A stretch of DNA of 64,000 nt, taken from Acidobacteriota bacterium. Lineage in GTDB: Bacteria; Acidobacteriota; Terriglobia; Acidiferrales; UBA7541. The notes under the pieces are model-generated. The model was given only the letters and a program-made list of their open reading frames with translations, was not told where the DNA came from and made no database searches. Below, piece by piece: positions 19,294 to 27,956 of the stretch (its first letter is position 1; the number at the start of each line of letters is the position of its first letter). The translations under genes were made by a program, and so were the position numbers. The DNA lies in assembly GCA_021832085.1 (NCBI GenBank), contig JAKBLM010000003.1, positions 10,380 through 74,379 on the forward strand. Direction: 5' to 3'.

Positions 19294-21975
19294 ATGACGC
19301 GCTTGCGCGTGTTGGCCTCGCGCATCCGGGCCCTGTTTTCGCTGCGGCGCATCGATCGCGAATTCGAGCAGGAGCTCGAATCGCACGAACAGCTGCTGAC
19401 CGAAGAGAATCTCCGCCGCGGCATGTCGCCCGGCGAGGCCCGCCGCGTCGCACGCCTCCGCCTCGGCAATCCCTCGTCGCTGCGCGAGTCGAATCACGAC
19501 CGGCGCGGCCTGCCCTTCGTCGAATCGAGCCTCCGCGACGTCGCCTATGCCGTCCGCATGCTCCGCAAAAGCCCCGGTTTCGCGCTCATCGCCATTCTTA
19601 CGCTAGCTATCGGCATCGGCGCCAATACCGCCATTTTCGGCATCGTGGATTCCGGTCTGCTTCGCCCGCTGCCTGTCCGCAATCCTGGCCGGGTCGTTGT
19701 CATTGCCTACCAGCGCCACGGCGGCAAGCTGCTCTCCTATTTTTCCTACCCGAATTTTCGCGACATCCGGAACGAATCCTCCTCCGCCTTTTCTGGTATG
19801 GCCGCCTATGAATCGAGCTTCGACGGCCTCGGCAAGGGCAGCCGGTCCCAGCGCGTCCTCACGAATTACGTCACGGGGAATTTCTTCACGCTGCTCGGTA
19901 TCCGCCCGTCGGTCGGCCGCTTGATCCAGCCTTCGGAAGGCAGAGCAACGGTTGCGAGTCCTGTCGTCGTTCTCAGCTATACCCGTTGGCAAACGCAGTT
20001 CGGCGGCGACCGCGCCATCATCGGCCGCAAAGTCTTGATCGACGATCAGCCGGTCACCGTGATCGGCGTCACTCCCAAGGGTTTTCACGGCGTCATGCCG
20101 TTTGTCGAAACAGACGCCTATCTGCCGCTGTCGATGGCCTTGGTCGGGAAGTGGGATTCGCGTTCTTCCCTCGCAAAGCGCACGAGCGCCGGTCCGTTCC
20201 TCATCCTTGGCCGGTTGAGATCCGGCGTCAGCCTCGCCCAGTCCCAAGCCGTGCTCGGCGTCATCGCCCGGCGCCTTTCCAGTGATCATCCGCGGAGCGA
20301 TTCCGGCCTCTCGCTTTCGGCCTACCCGCAGACGCTGGCACGACCCGCGCCGATGCTCCACAATCCCATCCCCGCCGTCGCCGCGCTCTTTCTCGCCTTG
20401 GCCGCGATGGTGCTGCTCCTCGCCTGCATCAATATCGTGAACCTGCTCCTGGTCCGCGCCGCCGCGCGCAGCCACGAGATGGCGGTGCGCTCGGCGCTGG
20501 GCGGCACGCGTGCCAGGCTCATTCGCCAGTTGCTCACCGAAAGCCTTCTGCTGGCCGTCCTCGGCGGCGCCGGCGGCATCCTGCTCGGCATCTGGACATG
20601 TGCCGAGATCGGCTCGGTGAATTTCTCGCCAGGTCTGCCGCTGCTGCTCGATTTCCATTTCGATTGGCGCGTATTCCTCTACGCCTTCGCCGTCGCGATG
20701 GTCGCCGGCGTCCTGGTCGGCATCGTCCCGGCCCTCCGCGCCTCGCGTGTCGAGCCGGCTGCCGTTCTCCACGAAGGCGGCCGGGGCCTCACCCCTGGTC
20801 GCCAGCGCCTCCGCAGCGCTCTCGTCGTGGCCCAAGTGGCCGGCTCACTCATGTTGCTGGTGATCGCCGGCCTGTTCACCCGCAGCCTCCAGCGCGTGCA
20901 GCAGGTCCATCTCGGCTTCGATCCCTCCCACGTCCTCAATCTCAGCATGGACCCGCACGAAATCGGCTACACCGACGCCCAGAGCCGCGAGTTCTATCAG
21001 GAACTCCTTCGCCGCGCCCGCAACCTGCCCGGAGTCCGCTCGGCCGGCATCGCTTTCACCACTCCTTTTCGCCTCTACACCGCCAGCCAGGATTCGGTCG
21101 ACATCGACGGTTACACGCCCCCTCCCGGCAAGCCAGAACCTTACGTCTACTTCAACTCCGTCAGTCCCGGCTTTTTCCGCACCATGCGCATCCCGCTCGA
21201 CCGAGGTCGCACCTTCACCGACGCCGATGGGCCGAAATCCGCGCCCGTTGCCATCATCAACGAAGCCATGGCCCGCCGCTTCTGGCCGCACGAAGATCCC
21301 ATCGGCAGAAAATTCCATTTGGCGGGCGGACCGGCGCAATGGGAAATCGTCGGCGTCGTTGGCAATAGCAGAATGATGAAGCTCACCGGCCCGCCGCAGC
21401 CCTATTTCTTCCTTCCGGTGGCCCAGCTTTTTACATCCTATGAAACGCTACAGCTCCGCACTGCCGGCCCGGCGGCTGCGATGATTCCGCAAGCGCGCGG
21501 CCTCATCCATTCCATGGCGCCCGATTTGCCGCTCTTCGACGTCGGCACGATGAACGAAATGCTGAGCGGCAGCGCCTTTCTCGTTTTCCGTTTTGGGGCC
21601 GTCCTCGCCGCAGCGCTTGGCTTGCTCGGTCTGCTCCTCGCCTTGATCGGCGTCTACGGCGTCACTTCCTACGCCGCCAACCGGCGCACGCACGAAATCG
21701 GCATTCGCCTCGCGCTCGGCGCGCAGCCGGCTCAGATCCTGCGCATGATCTTTTCCCAGGGAGCGCTAATCGTCGCCCTGGGCCTTGCCATCGGCCTGCT
21801 CGGCGCGCTGGCGGCCGCGCGGCTGGTCGGCAGCATGCTGATCATCAGCGCCGCCGATCCGCTCGTCTACGCCGCCGTTTCGACTGTGCTTGCCCTCGTC
21901 GCGCTCGCCGCCTGCTACGTGCCTGCTCGCCGCGCTATGCGCGTCGATCCAACCGTCGGCCTTCGCCACGAATAG
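19294..21975 (+). CDS. ADOP-family duplicated permease (MacB/FtsX-like, no ATPase domain)
   Basis: ATG 19294 lies 2 nt after the padR stop with GGAGG upstream. The characteristic N-terminus is [59 protein letters not shown]. There are two FtsX-like TM modules, and the C-terminus reads YVPARRAMRVDPTVGLRHE. Confidence 0.9.
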   Translation: MTRLRVLASRIRALFSLRRIDREFEQELESHEQLLTEENLRRGMSPGEARRVARLRLGNPSSLRESNHDRRGLPFVESSLRDVAYAVRMLRKSPGFALIAILTLAIGIGANTAIFGIVDSGLLRPLPVRNPGRVVVIAYQRHGGKLLSYFSYPNFRDIRNESSSAFSGMAAYESSFDGLGKGSRSQRVLTNYVTGNFFTLLGIRPSVGRLIQPSEGRATVASPVVVLSYTRWQTQFGGDRAIIGRKVLIDDQPVTVIGVTPKGFHGVMPFVETDAYLPLSMALVGKWDSRSSLAKRTSAGPFLILGRLRSGVSLAQSQAVLGVIARRLSSDHPRSDSGLSLSAYPQTLARPAPMLHNPIPAVAALFLALAAMVLLLACINIVNLLLVRAAARSHEMAVRSALGGTRARLIRQLLTESLLLAVLGGAGGILLGIWTCAEIGSVNFSPGLPLLLDFHFDWRVFLYAFAVAMVAGVLVGIVPALRASRVEPAAVLHEGGRGLTPGRQRLRSALVVAQVAGSLMLLVIAGLFTRSLQRVQQVHLGFDPSHVLNLSMDPHEIGYTDAQSREFYQELLRRARNLPGVRSAGIAFTTPFRLYTASQDSVDIDGYTPPPGKPEPYVYFNSVSPGFFRTMRIPLDRGRTFTDADGPKSAPVAIINEAMARRFWPHEDPIGRKFHLAGGPAQWEIVGVVGNSRMMKLTGPPQPYFFLPVAQLFTSYETLQLRTAGPAAAMIPQARGLIHSMAPDLPLFDVGTMNEMLSGSAFLVFRFGAVLAAALGLLGLLLALIGVYGVTSYAANRRTHEIGIRLALGAQPAQILRMIFSQGALIVALGLAIGLLGALAAARLVGSMLIISAADPLVYAAVSTVLALVALAACYVPARRAMRVDPTVGLRHE

Positions 21976-22029
21976 AGATCAAGAATCCATGAGCGCTACA
22001 ACGCCAACGCGAGCCAGGGAGGGGAAGTC

Positions 22030-24693
22030 ATGACGCGCTTGCGCATGTTCGCCTCGCGCTTCCGGGCCCTGTTTTCGCTCCGCCGCATCGATCGCGAATT
22101 CGAGCAGGAGCTCGAATCGCATGAGCAGCTGCTGACCGAGGAAAACATCCGCCGCGGCATGAGCCCCGACGAGGCCCGGCGCGCCGCGCGCCTCCGCCTC
22201 GGCAATCCCTCGTCGCTGCGCGAGTCGAATCACGACCAGCGCGGCCTGCCCTTCGTCGAATCGAGCCTCCGCGACGTCGCATACGCCATCCGCATGCTCC
22301 GCAAGAGCCCCGGCTTCGCCCTCGTCGCCATTTTCACGCTGGCCCTGGGCATCGGCGCCAACGTCGCCATCTTCCGCGTCGTTGATGCGGCCCTGTTCCG
22401 CCCGCTGCCGTTCCCGCACCCCAGCAAGCTCGTCGAGCTGCGAAATGCGGCCACCGATTTCAAAGCGTGGAAGAGCGAAACGCTCGATCCCACGCACTGG
22501 TGGGCCGCTGCGCCGGCGATTGCTTCCGTGGCCGACTACAGCTCTGACTACGCTGACCTGGAGCAAGCCGGAATGCCCGGCCAGGTTCTGGCCACCCTGA
22601 CCACCGCACAATTCTTCCGCGTGCTGGGAGTTCCTCCCCTCTTCGGACGTACCTACACGGCACATGAGGCCGATGCTCACACGGCCGTCGCCGTCGTTGG
22701 CTTCCGATTCTGGCAGCAACACCTGGGCGGCTCACCGGCCGCACTCGGCAAAACCATTCATCTGAACGGCCACCAGTTCCGGGTGATCGGAGTGATGCCG
22801 CGCGGTTTTTCCTTTCCGCGGAACGCGCAGGTGTGGATTCCGTACCGCGCCAAACCGTCTGGATTCTTTACGGCCTCCGTCATAATTTTCCAAACAATCG
22901 CCCGGCTCCGTTCCTCCGTAAGCCTCGCCCAAGCGCGAGCTGACTTGAACGTCATCTACCACAGGCTTCAAAAAGACGGCATTTACACATCGCCGAAGAA
23001 TCTGCCGAAAATCTCACCGGGTTGGCGGTTCATCTTTGGAGTTACCGTAGTTCCCCTGCGCCAGGCCCTTTACGGCCGTTCGCGCCTGCCGCTGTTGTTC
23101 CTTCTGCTTTCGGCGGCGATGGTCTGGCTGGTGGCGTGCGCCAATCTCGCCGGGCTGATGTTGGCGCGGACCAGCGCGCGGCAGGAGGAACTGGTGATTC
23201 GTGCGGCGCTCGGCGCCACTCCCTGGCGCCTGATGCGGCTGCTCTGGCTCGAAAGCCTAGCTCTGGCCGTGGCCGGTGGCGCGGCCGGCGTATCGCTGGC
23301 AGTCGTGGCGCTCCGCGTGCTGCTACCGTGGGCGCCATCTTCGATTGCCGCAGCCGGCGCGACGGGTGATTGGCCGCGAGTGCTGGCTTTCGTTTTTCTG
23401 CTGACCTTTGCTTCCACTCTGCTCTTCGGCCTGGCTCCCGCCGCGGCCGCCTCCTGGCCCAGCCTGCGCGGGCTGACCGAAAGAGGGCAGGGAAGCAGAA
23501 CCACGACGCCGGGTGGCCGGCGGGCGCGTCAGGTGCTCCTCGGCGCGGAAACCGCGTTGACGCTCGCGCTGCTGATCGCCGCGGGCCTGCTCATCAAGAG
23601 CTTCTGGCGGCTCTCTTCGCAACCCGAAGGCTTCGATCCCCGGCACGTGCTCACTGTCTTGGTCCCGCTGCCATCCACCTGGTCGGTGAAAAAGCAAACC
23701 CTTCTCTATAGCGCCGTGATCGAGCGTGTTGCCGCCTTGCCCGGTGTCGAGGCCGCGGCCGTTGGCAGCTGTTTGCCCGCCCGGCACATGGCCCTTGGCA
23801 TGGTGGGTCTGTTACCCGCCGACCACCCCGGCTCTTCCCGCCCCGTCGGCGCCGTAGAGTGCACGGTCAGCCGGCGATATTTTCAGGTGCTTCGCATTCC
23901 CGTGGTGGCAGGCCGAGTCTTCACGACTGCTGACATAGGCAAGGGGCAAGCCGCCGCGATTCTCAACGCCGCGGCGGCCAGGAAATTGTGGCCCGGCGGG
24001 ATTGCCTTGAGCCGCCGCTTCGGGCTCACCGGTCTGGGACCGAAGATCGAATTCCCGCACGAGGTGATCGGAGTGGTCGCCGACACACGCTCGTGGGGAT
24101 TCACAATGCCGGCTTTCCCTGTTTTCTACGTCCCTTACCAGCTAGGAACATTTGGCCGAACGTTTCTGTTGGCAAGAACCAGCGTGCCGCCAGCCTCGCT
24201 CGCCTCAGCTTTTCGAAGCGCCGTTTGGTCGGTCGATAAGACTGTCCCGGTTCTCGGCATCGAGACGCTGCGGCAACGGATCGCGCGCACGATTTCCGCC
24301 CAGCATTTCCGGACGTGGCTCTGCGCCGGCTTCGCCGCGCTTGCGCTCATACTGGCCTGCGTCGGCATTTTCGGCGTCGTCAGCTACGAGGTGTCGCGCC
24401 GCACCCGAGAGATTGGCATCCGCATGGCGCTCGGCGCCCGAGCCGAAGAGGTGACCGGCATGATGTTGCGCCGCGGCATTCTCGCCGTATGGATTGGCGC
24501 AGCCGTGGGCCTGGGCGGGGCCTTTGCGCTCAGCCGCTGGCTGGCAAGCCTTCTGTTCCATCTCCAGCCGGGCGATCCCGAAGTGTTCGCAAGCGCCGCG
24601 GCGCTGGTCCTGCTTGTCGCAACGGCTGCCGCCTGGCTGCCTGCCCGCCGCGCTGCTCGCGTCGATCCGAACGTCGCCCTGCGCCACGAATGA
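22030..24693 (+). CDS. ADOP-family duplicated permease (second tandem copy)
   Basis: 887 aa. N-terminal ~110 residues are near-identical to the upstream copy. Two FtsX-like modules. C-terminus [19 protein letters not shown]. Confidence 0.9.
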   Translation: MTRLRMFASRFRALFSLRRIDREFEQELESHEQLLTEENIRRGMSPDEARRAARLRLGNPSSLRESNHDQRGLPFVESSLRDVAYAIRMLRKSPGFALVAIFTLALGIGANVAIFRVVDAALFRPLPFPHPSKLVELRNAATDFKAWKSETLDPTHWWAAAPAIASVADYSSDYADLEQAGMPGQVLATLTTAQFFRVLGVPPLFGRTYTAHEADAHTAVAVVGFRFWQQHLGGSPAALGKTIHLNGHQFRVIGVMPRGFSFPRNAQVWIPYRAKPSGFFTASVIIFQTIARLRSSVSLAQARADLNVIYHRLQKDGIYTSPKNLPKISPGWRFIFGVTVVPLRQALYGRSRLPLLFLLLSAAMVWLVACANLAGLMLARTSARQEELVIRAALGATPWRLMRLLWLESLALAVAGGAAGVSLAVVALRVLLPWAPSSIAAAGATGDWPRVLAFVFLLTFASTLLFGLAPAAAASWPSLRGLTERGQGSRTTTPGGRRARQVLLGAETALTLALLIAAGLLIKSFWRLSSQPEGFDPRHVLTVLVPLPSTWSVKKQTLLYSAVIERVAALPGVEAAAVGSCLPARHMALGMVGLLPADHPGSSRPVGAVECTVSRRYFQVLRIPVVAGRVFTTADIGKGQAAAILNAAAARKLWPGGIALSRRFGLTGLGPKIEFPHEVIGVVADTRSWGFTMPAFPVFYVPYQLGTFGRTFLLARTSVPPASLASAFRSAVWSVDKTVPVLGIETLRQRIARTISAQHFRTWLCAGFAALALILACVGIFGVVSYEVSRRTREIGIRMALGARAEEVTGMMLRRGILAVWIGAAVGLGGAFALSRWLASLLFHLQPGDPEVFASAAALVLLVATAAAWLPARRAARVDPNVALRHE

Positions 24694-25051
24694 CGCCGGC
24701 GCCCCGCGCGATGGATAGCGCATTGCCGGTTATGACTGCGCGAGATTGACTTCCCTGGCGAAAGCCGTTTTGGCAGTACCGACGTGAAGTGGATAGCGGG
24801 GAGGAGCGACCGGCAATTTTTCTAATAACCCGGAAATCGCTGCTGTTGTCATCATGACTGTTACCCTTGCCCTTGGCCCGGGCATCAAATTCTCCAGCGT
24901 TATGGACTCCGTCCCGACTTGCCAAATGGCTAATATGCGTAGGGTGTTTACTATGTAGTAATACACCATTAGCAGCGCATCACCTTATTCGCTCGCTTAC
25001 CATGGTCCATGCTGTTGTAGAAAAGTCCCGATTCGCACGGAGGTGCACGGG

Positions 25052-27844
25052 GTGCACGACAAGTTCTGGGTGGGATTGGTACTGGTATTCAGTCTCGCAA
25101 GTTTTGGTTGTGCTGGTTCGGCGGGTTCCGGGAACGCGAGTGATCCTCCATCGGTGCCGGTGGCAGGTCTTTCGCCGGCCAGTCTCGCCTTTGGGAGCGA
25201 GCAAACGGGTGCGACGAGCGCGGCTCAGACCGTCACTCTGTCAAATACCGGCAATACAAGCCTCTCGATTACGAGCGTCGCGACGTCTGGCGATTTTCAG
25301 GAAACAAACATTTGCCCAGCCAGCCTGGCAGCCGCCGCGTCGTGTACGATTCAGGTGAGTTTCGCGCCGACGGCTTCGGGAACGCGCACCGGGTCTCTCA
25401 CGGTGCAGGACAACGACGCGAGCAGTTCCCAAAGCGTCAGTCTCACGGGCACGGGGACATCATCGACCTCGGCTACCACAGCGGTCTTCTATGTCGCTCC
25501 AGATGGCAACGATTCCTGGAGCGGCAAGCTTGCGGCTCCGAATGCGAATGGGACGGATGGCCCGTTTGCCACATTCGATCATGCCCGTGCCGTCGTGCGC
25601 TCTCTCGATAAGACTGGGCTCGGCCAGGTGGTCGTTGAATTCCGGGCGGGAACGTATGTCCTTCCCTCAACCGAACAGTTCACCGCAGCCGACTCGGGCA
25701 CGCCCACCACACAAATTATTTACGAAAATTATCCAGGCGAAACGCCGGTCATCAGTGGCGGGGTACAAATCAAGGGCTGGACGCCCAGCGCCACAATCCC
25801 GGGCGCGTGGCAGGCGTCGGTCGCCGGCCTCAAGCCATTCGAGCAGCTTTGGGTGAATGGACACAGGCGTGATCGGGTCCGCGTCCAGGCCGGCAGTTCC
25901 AGCGGATACTTTTACAATCTCGGCCCCATATATGTTTCCAATTCCACAGGCTGCACGAATGCGAATTATCCTTCCGGATATAGCCCGTCGCTCGAGATCA
26001 CTTCTGGATCACACGCCGGGCAGTACGAGTGCTTCGATCGATTCTTTTTCAAGACTGGCGACATCAATCCTGCCTGGAGCGGCCTCTCGAATCCGAATCA
26101 CCCCATTGAGATCATCGATTTCGAGGACTGGACGATTTCCCGGATGCGGTTAGAGTCCATCGGTTCGTCCGCCGACTACGCCGGCGCCCCGGCCAATTCC
26201 AGCGTGGCCTATCTCGTGGGCGCCACGGCGCGAGGCAAGTTCTGGGGATTTTTACCTGGCCACCGCTACTTGATCGACAACGTGAAGGACGCGCTCTCCA
26301 GTTCAACTCCCGGCGAGTGGTATCTTCATGAAGACGCTTCCGGCAATCCGACCGTGCTTACCTATGTCCCTGCCGCCGGAGAGGATTTTTCGAGCAGTTC
26401 TCCGCCAGTAGTCATTGCGCCGCAACTGGACCAACTGGTCGTCTCCGACGACCCCAACGGCTTCAGTTACGTCACGTTCAAGGGGCTCACGTTTTCCTAC
26501 GCCAACTGGGTAGCGGGAAGTCCCGGAGCTACGAGTTACAACGACAACGAAGATGCCGGGAACGACGAGGTTCCTGCCGCTTTGAGTTTCTCCTATGCCA
26601 GCCACGTCACGCTCGATTCGGACATCGTCGCGCACGTGGGCGGCTGGGGCGCGGAGTTCATTGGCACGAGTCCGGCCTTCGTTGCACCTTCGGCGCCCTG
26701 CAGCAGCCAGGCGATGAAGGATTGCAACGACGCGATCGTGAATTCCGAATTCACAGACCTCGGCTCCGGAGCGATTCGCATCGGCGCTCAGCCCCGCTCC
26801 GCGGACACCAATGCCAATGTGGCCCAGTACAATCTCGTCTACAACACGGTGATTGCCGGCGGAGATCGCATGATGCCAGGCGTGGGCATCGCCATCGGCA
26901 ATTCACATGACAACGAGGTGGATCACAATGACATCTACGATCTCTACAATACCGGCATCAACGTCGGCGACTCACTCAACTTCGACGGCGGCGGCCTGCC
27001 GAATTTCGCTCATGACAACCGGATCACCTACAACGACGTTCATCAGCTCGGCCAGGGCGTGACCAGCGACATGGGCTGTGTGTACACGGCCACGGCGCTC
27101 CAAACGGGCAACCTGATTGAGCACAATGTTTGCCACAATATCGCAAACGATCCCGGAACCGGCGGCTACGGAGGCTGGGGAATCTATCTCGATCAAGGAT
27201 CGAGTTTCGTCACGGTGATGGACAACCTCGTCTACAACACTACTTCCGCCAGCTTTCACTACAACTGTTCGAATTCGGGAACCTATCTGCCCAACGGAAC
27301 GCCGAACCTCATTCAAAACAATATCTTTGCCTTCGGGGCACGGGGCACGATCCAGCGCACCGGGGACGACGGTGTCCTCAATTTCACTCTCCGAAACAAC
27401 ATCTTCTACTGGGATCAGACCGCGCCGGGTTCCTCTCCGCCTTCTCCGCAGGTTGGCACGTGGACATGTAACGGCGGCTCGAACTTCACGAGCTGCTTCG
27501 ATTTCCAGCGGAACCTGTACTACTCGACCGCGGATCCTTCGATGACCACGTGGAGATTCCTCGCGGCGAATCCCAATCTCCTTTCCTACACTTTGCCCGA
27601 ATGGCAGGCGCTTGGTGAGGATCTGAATTCCGTGGTGAACAAGGACCCGCTGTTCGTTTGCCCCGGCAGCACCGCTTGCTCCTCATCCGGTCCCTATAAT
27701 TTCAGCTTGCAAAGCGATTCGCCGGCCCCGCAATTAATCGGCTTCCAGCCGTTCGATCCGAGCAAGGCGGGGCGAGCCCATCCCGTGCTTATGCCGGCTT
27801 CTCTCCCTCCGGCTTTTCCGTTGCAACTGCCAGCGTCCTATTGA
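25052..27844 (+). CDS. secreted right-handed parallel beta-helix repeat protein with N-terminal Ig-like (HYDIN/ASH-type) domain; probable polysaccharide-active enzyme
   Basis: Signal peptide / possible lipobox region WVGLVLVFSLASFGCAG. Ig-like module reads LSPASLAFGSEQTGATSAAQTVTLSNTGNTSLSITSVATSGDFQETNIC...CTIQVSFAPTASGTRTGSLTV. Beta-helix repeats include NSHDNEVDHNDIYDLYNTGINVG, HDNRITYNDVH, EHNVCHNI and WGIYLDQGSSFVTVMDNLVYN. I prefer GTG 25052 (9 nt after GGAGG) over GTG 25043. Confidence 0.75.
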   Translation: MHDKFWVGLVLVFSLASFGCAGSAGSGNASDPPSVPVAGLSPASLAFGSEQTGATSAAQTVTLSNTGNTSLSITSVATSGDFQETNICPASLAAAASCTIQVSFAPTASGTRTGSLTVQDNDASSSQSVSLTGTGTSSTSATTAVFYVAPDGNDSWSGKLAAPNANGTDGPFATFDHARAVVRSLDKTGLGQVVVEFRAGTYVLPSTEQFTAADSGTPTTQIIYENYPGETPVISGGVQIKGWTPSATIPGAWQASVAGLKPFEQLWVNGHRRDRVRVQAGSSSGYFYNLGPIYVSNSTGCTNANYPSGYSPSLEITSGSHAGQYECFDRFFFKTGDINPAWSGLSNPNHPIEIIDFEDWTISRMRLESIGSSADYAGAPANSSVAYLVGATARGKFWGFLPGHRYLIDNVKDALSSSTPGEWYLHEDASGNPTVLTYVPAAGEDFSSSSPPVVIAPQLDQLVVSDDPNGFSYVTFKGLTFSYANWVAGSPGATSYNDNEDAGNDEVPAALSFSYASHVTLDSDIVAHVGGWGAEFIGTSPAFVAPSAPCSSQAMKDCNDAIVNSEFTDLGSGAIRIGAQPRSADTNANVAQYNLVYNTVIAGGDRMMPGVGIAIGNSHDNEVDHNDIYDLYNTGINVGDSLNFDGGGLPNFAHDNRITYNDVHQLGQGVTSDMGCVYTATALQTGNLIEHNVCHNIANDPGTGGYGGWGIYLDQGSSFVTVMDNLVYNTTSASFHYNCSNSGTYLPNGTPNLIQNNIFAFGARGTIQRTGDDGVLNFTLRNNIFYWDQTAPGSSPPSPQVGTWTCNGGSNFTSCFDFQRNLYYSTADPSMTTWRFLAANPNLLSYTLPEWQALGEDLNSVVNKDPLFVCPGSTACSSSGPYNFSLQSDSPAPQLIGFQPFDPSKAGRAHPVLMPASLPPAFPLQLPASY

Positions 27845-27921
27845 GCGCGAACTCGGGTTGCGGTTGTCGTGGCTCGGCACGTTCACGACGGCTTTTCCGT
27901 CCGCGCATACCGAATCACGGA

Positions 27922-27945
27922 AGTCGGAACTGTACCGACTTTTTC
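27922..27945 (+). terminator. weak intrinsic terminator candidate after the beta-helix gene
   Basis: AGTCGG-aactgta-CCGACT followed by TTTT. The stem is only 6 bp. Confidence 0.3.
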
Positions 27946-27956
27946 GCAAGGATAGA

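Noticed and set aside
24694-25051. AT-richer 350-nt intergenic region with a 79-aa minus-strand ORF (24730..24969)
   Set aside because: The ORF has no SD, no motif and odd composition. The region is better explained as the promoter/leader region of the beta-helix gene. I could not define a convincing -35/-10 pair.
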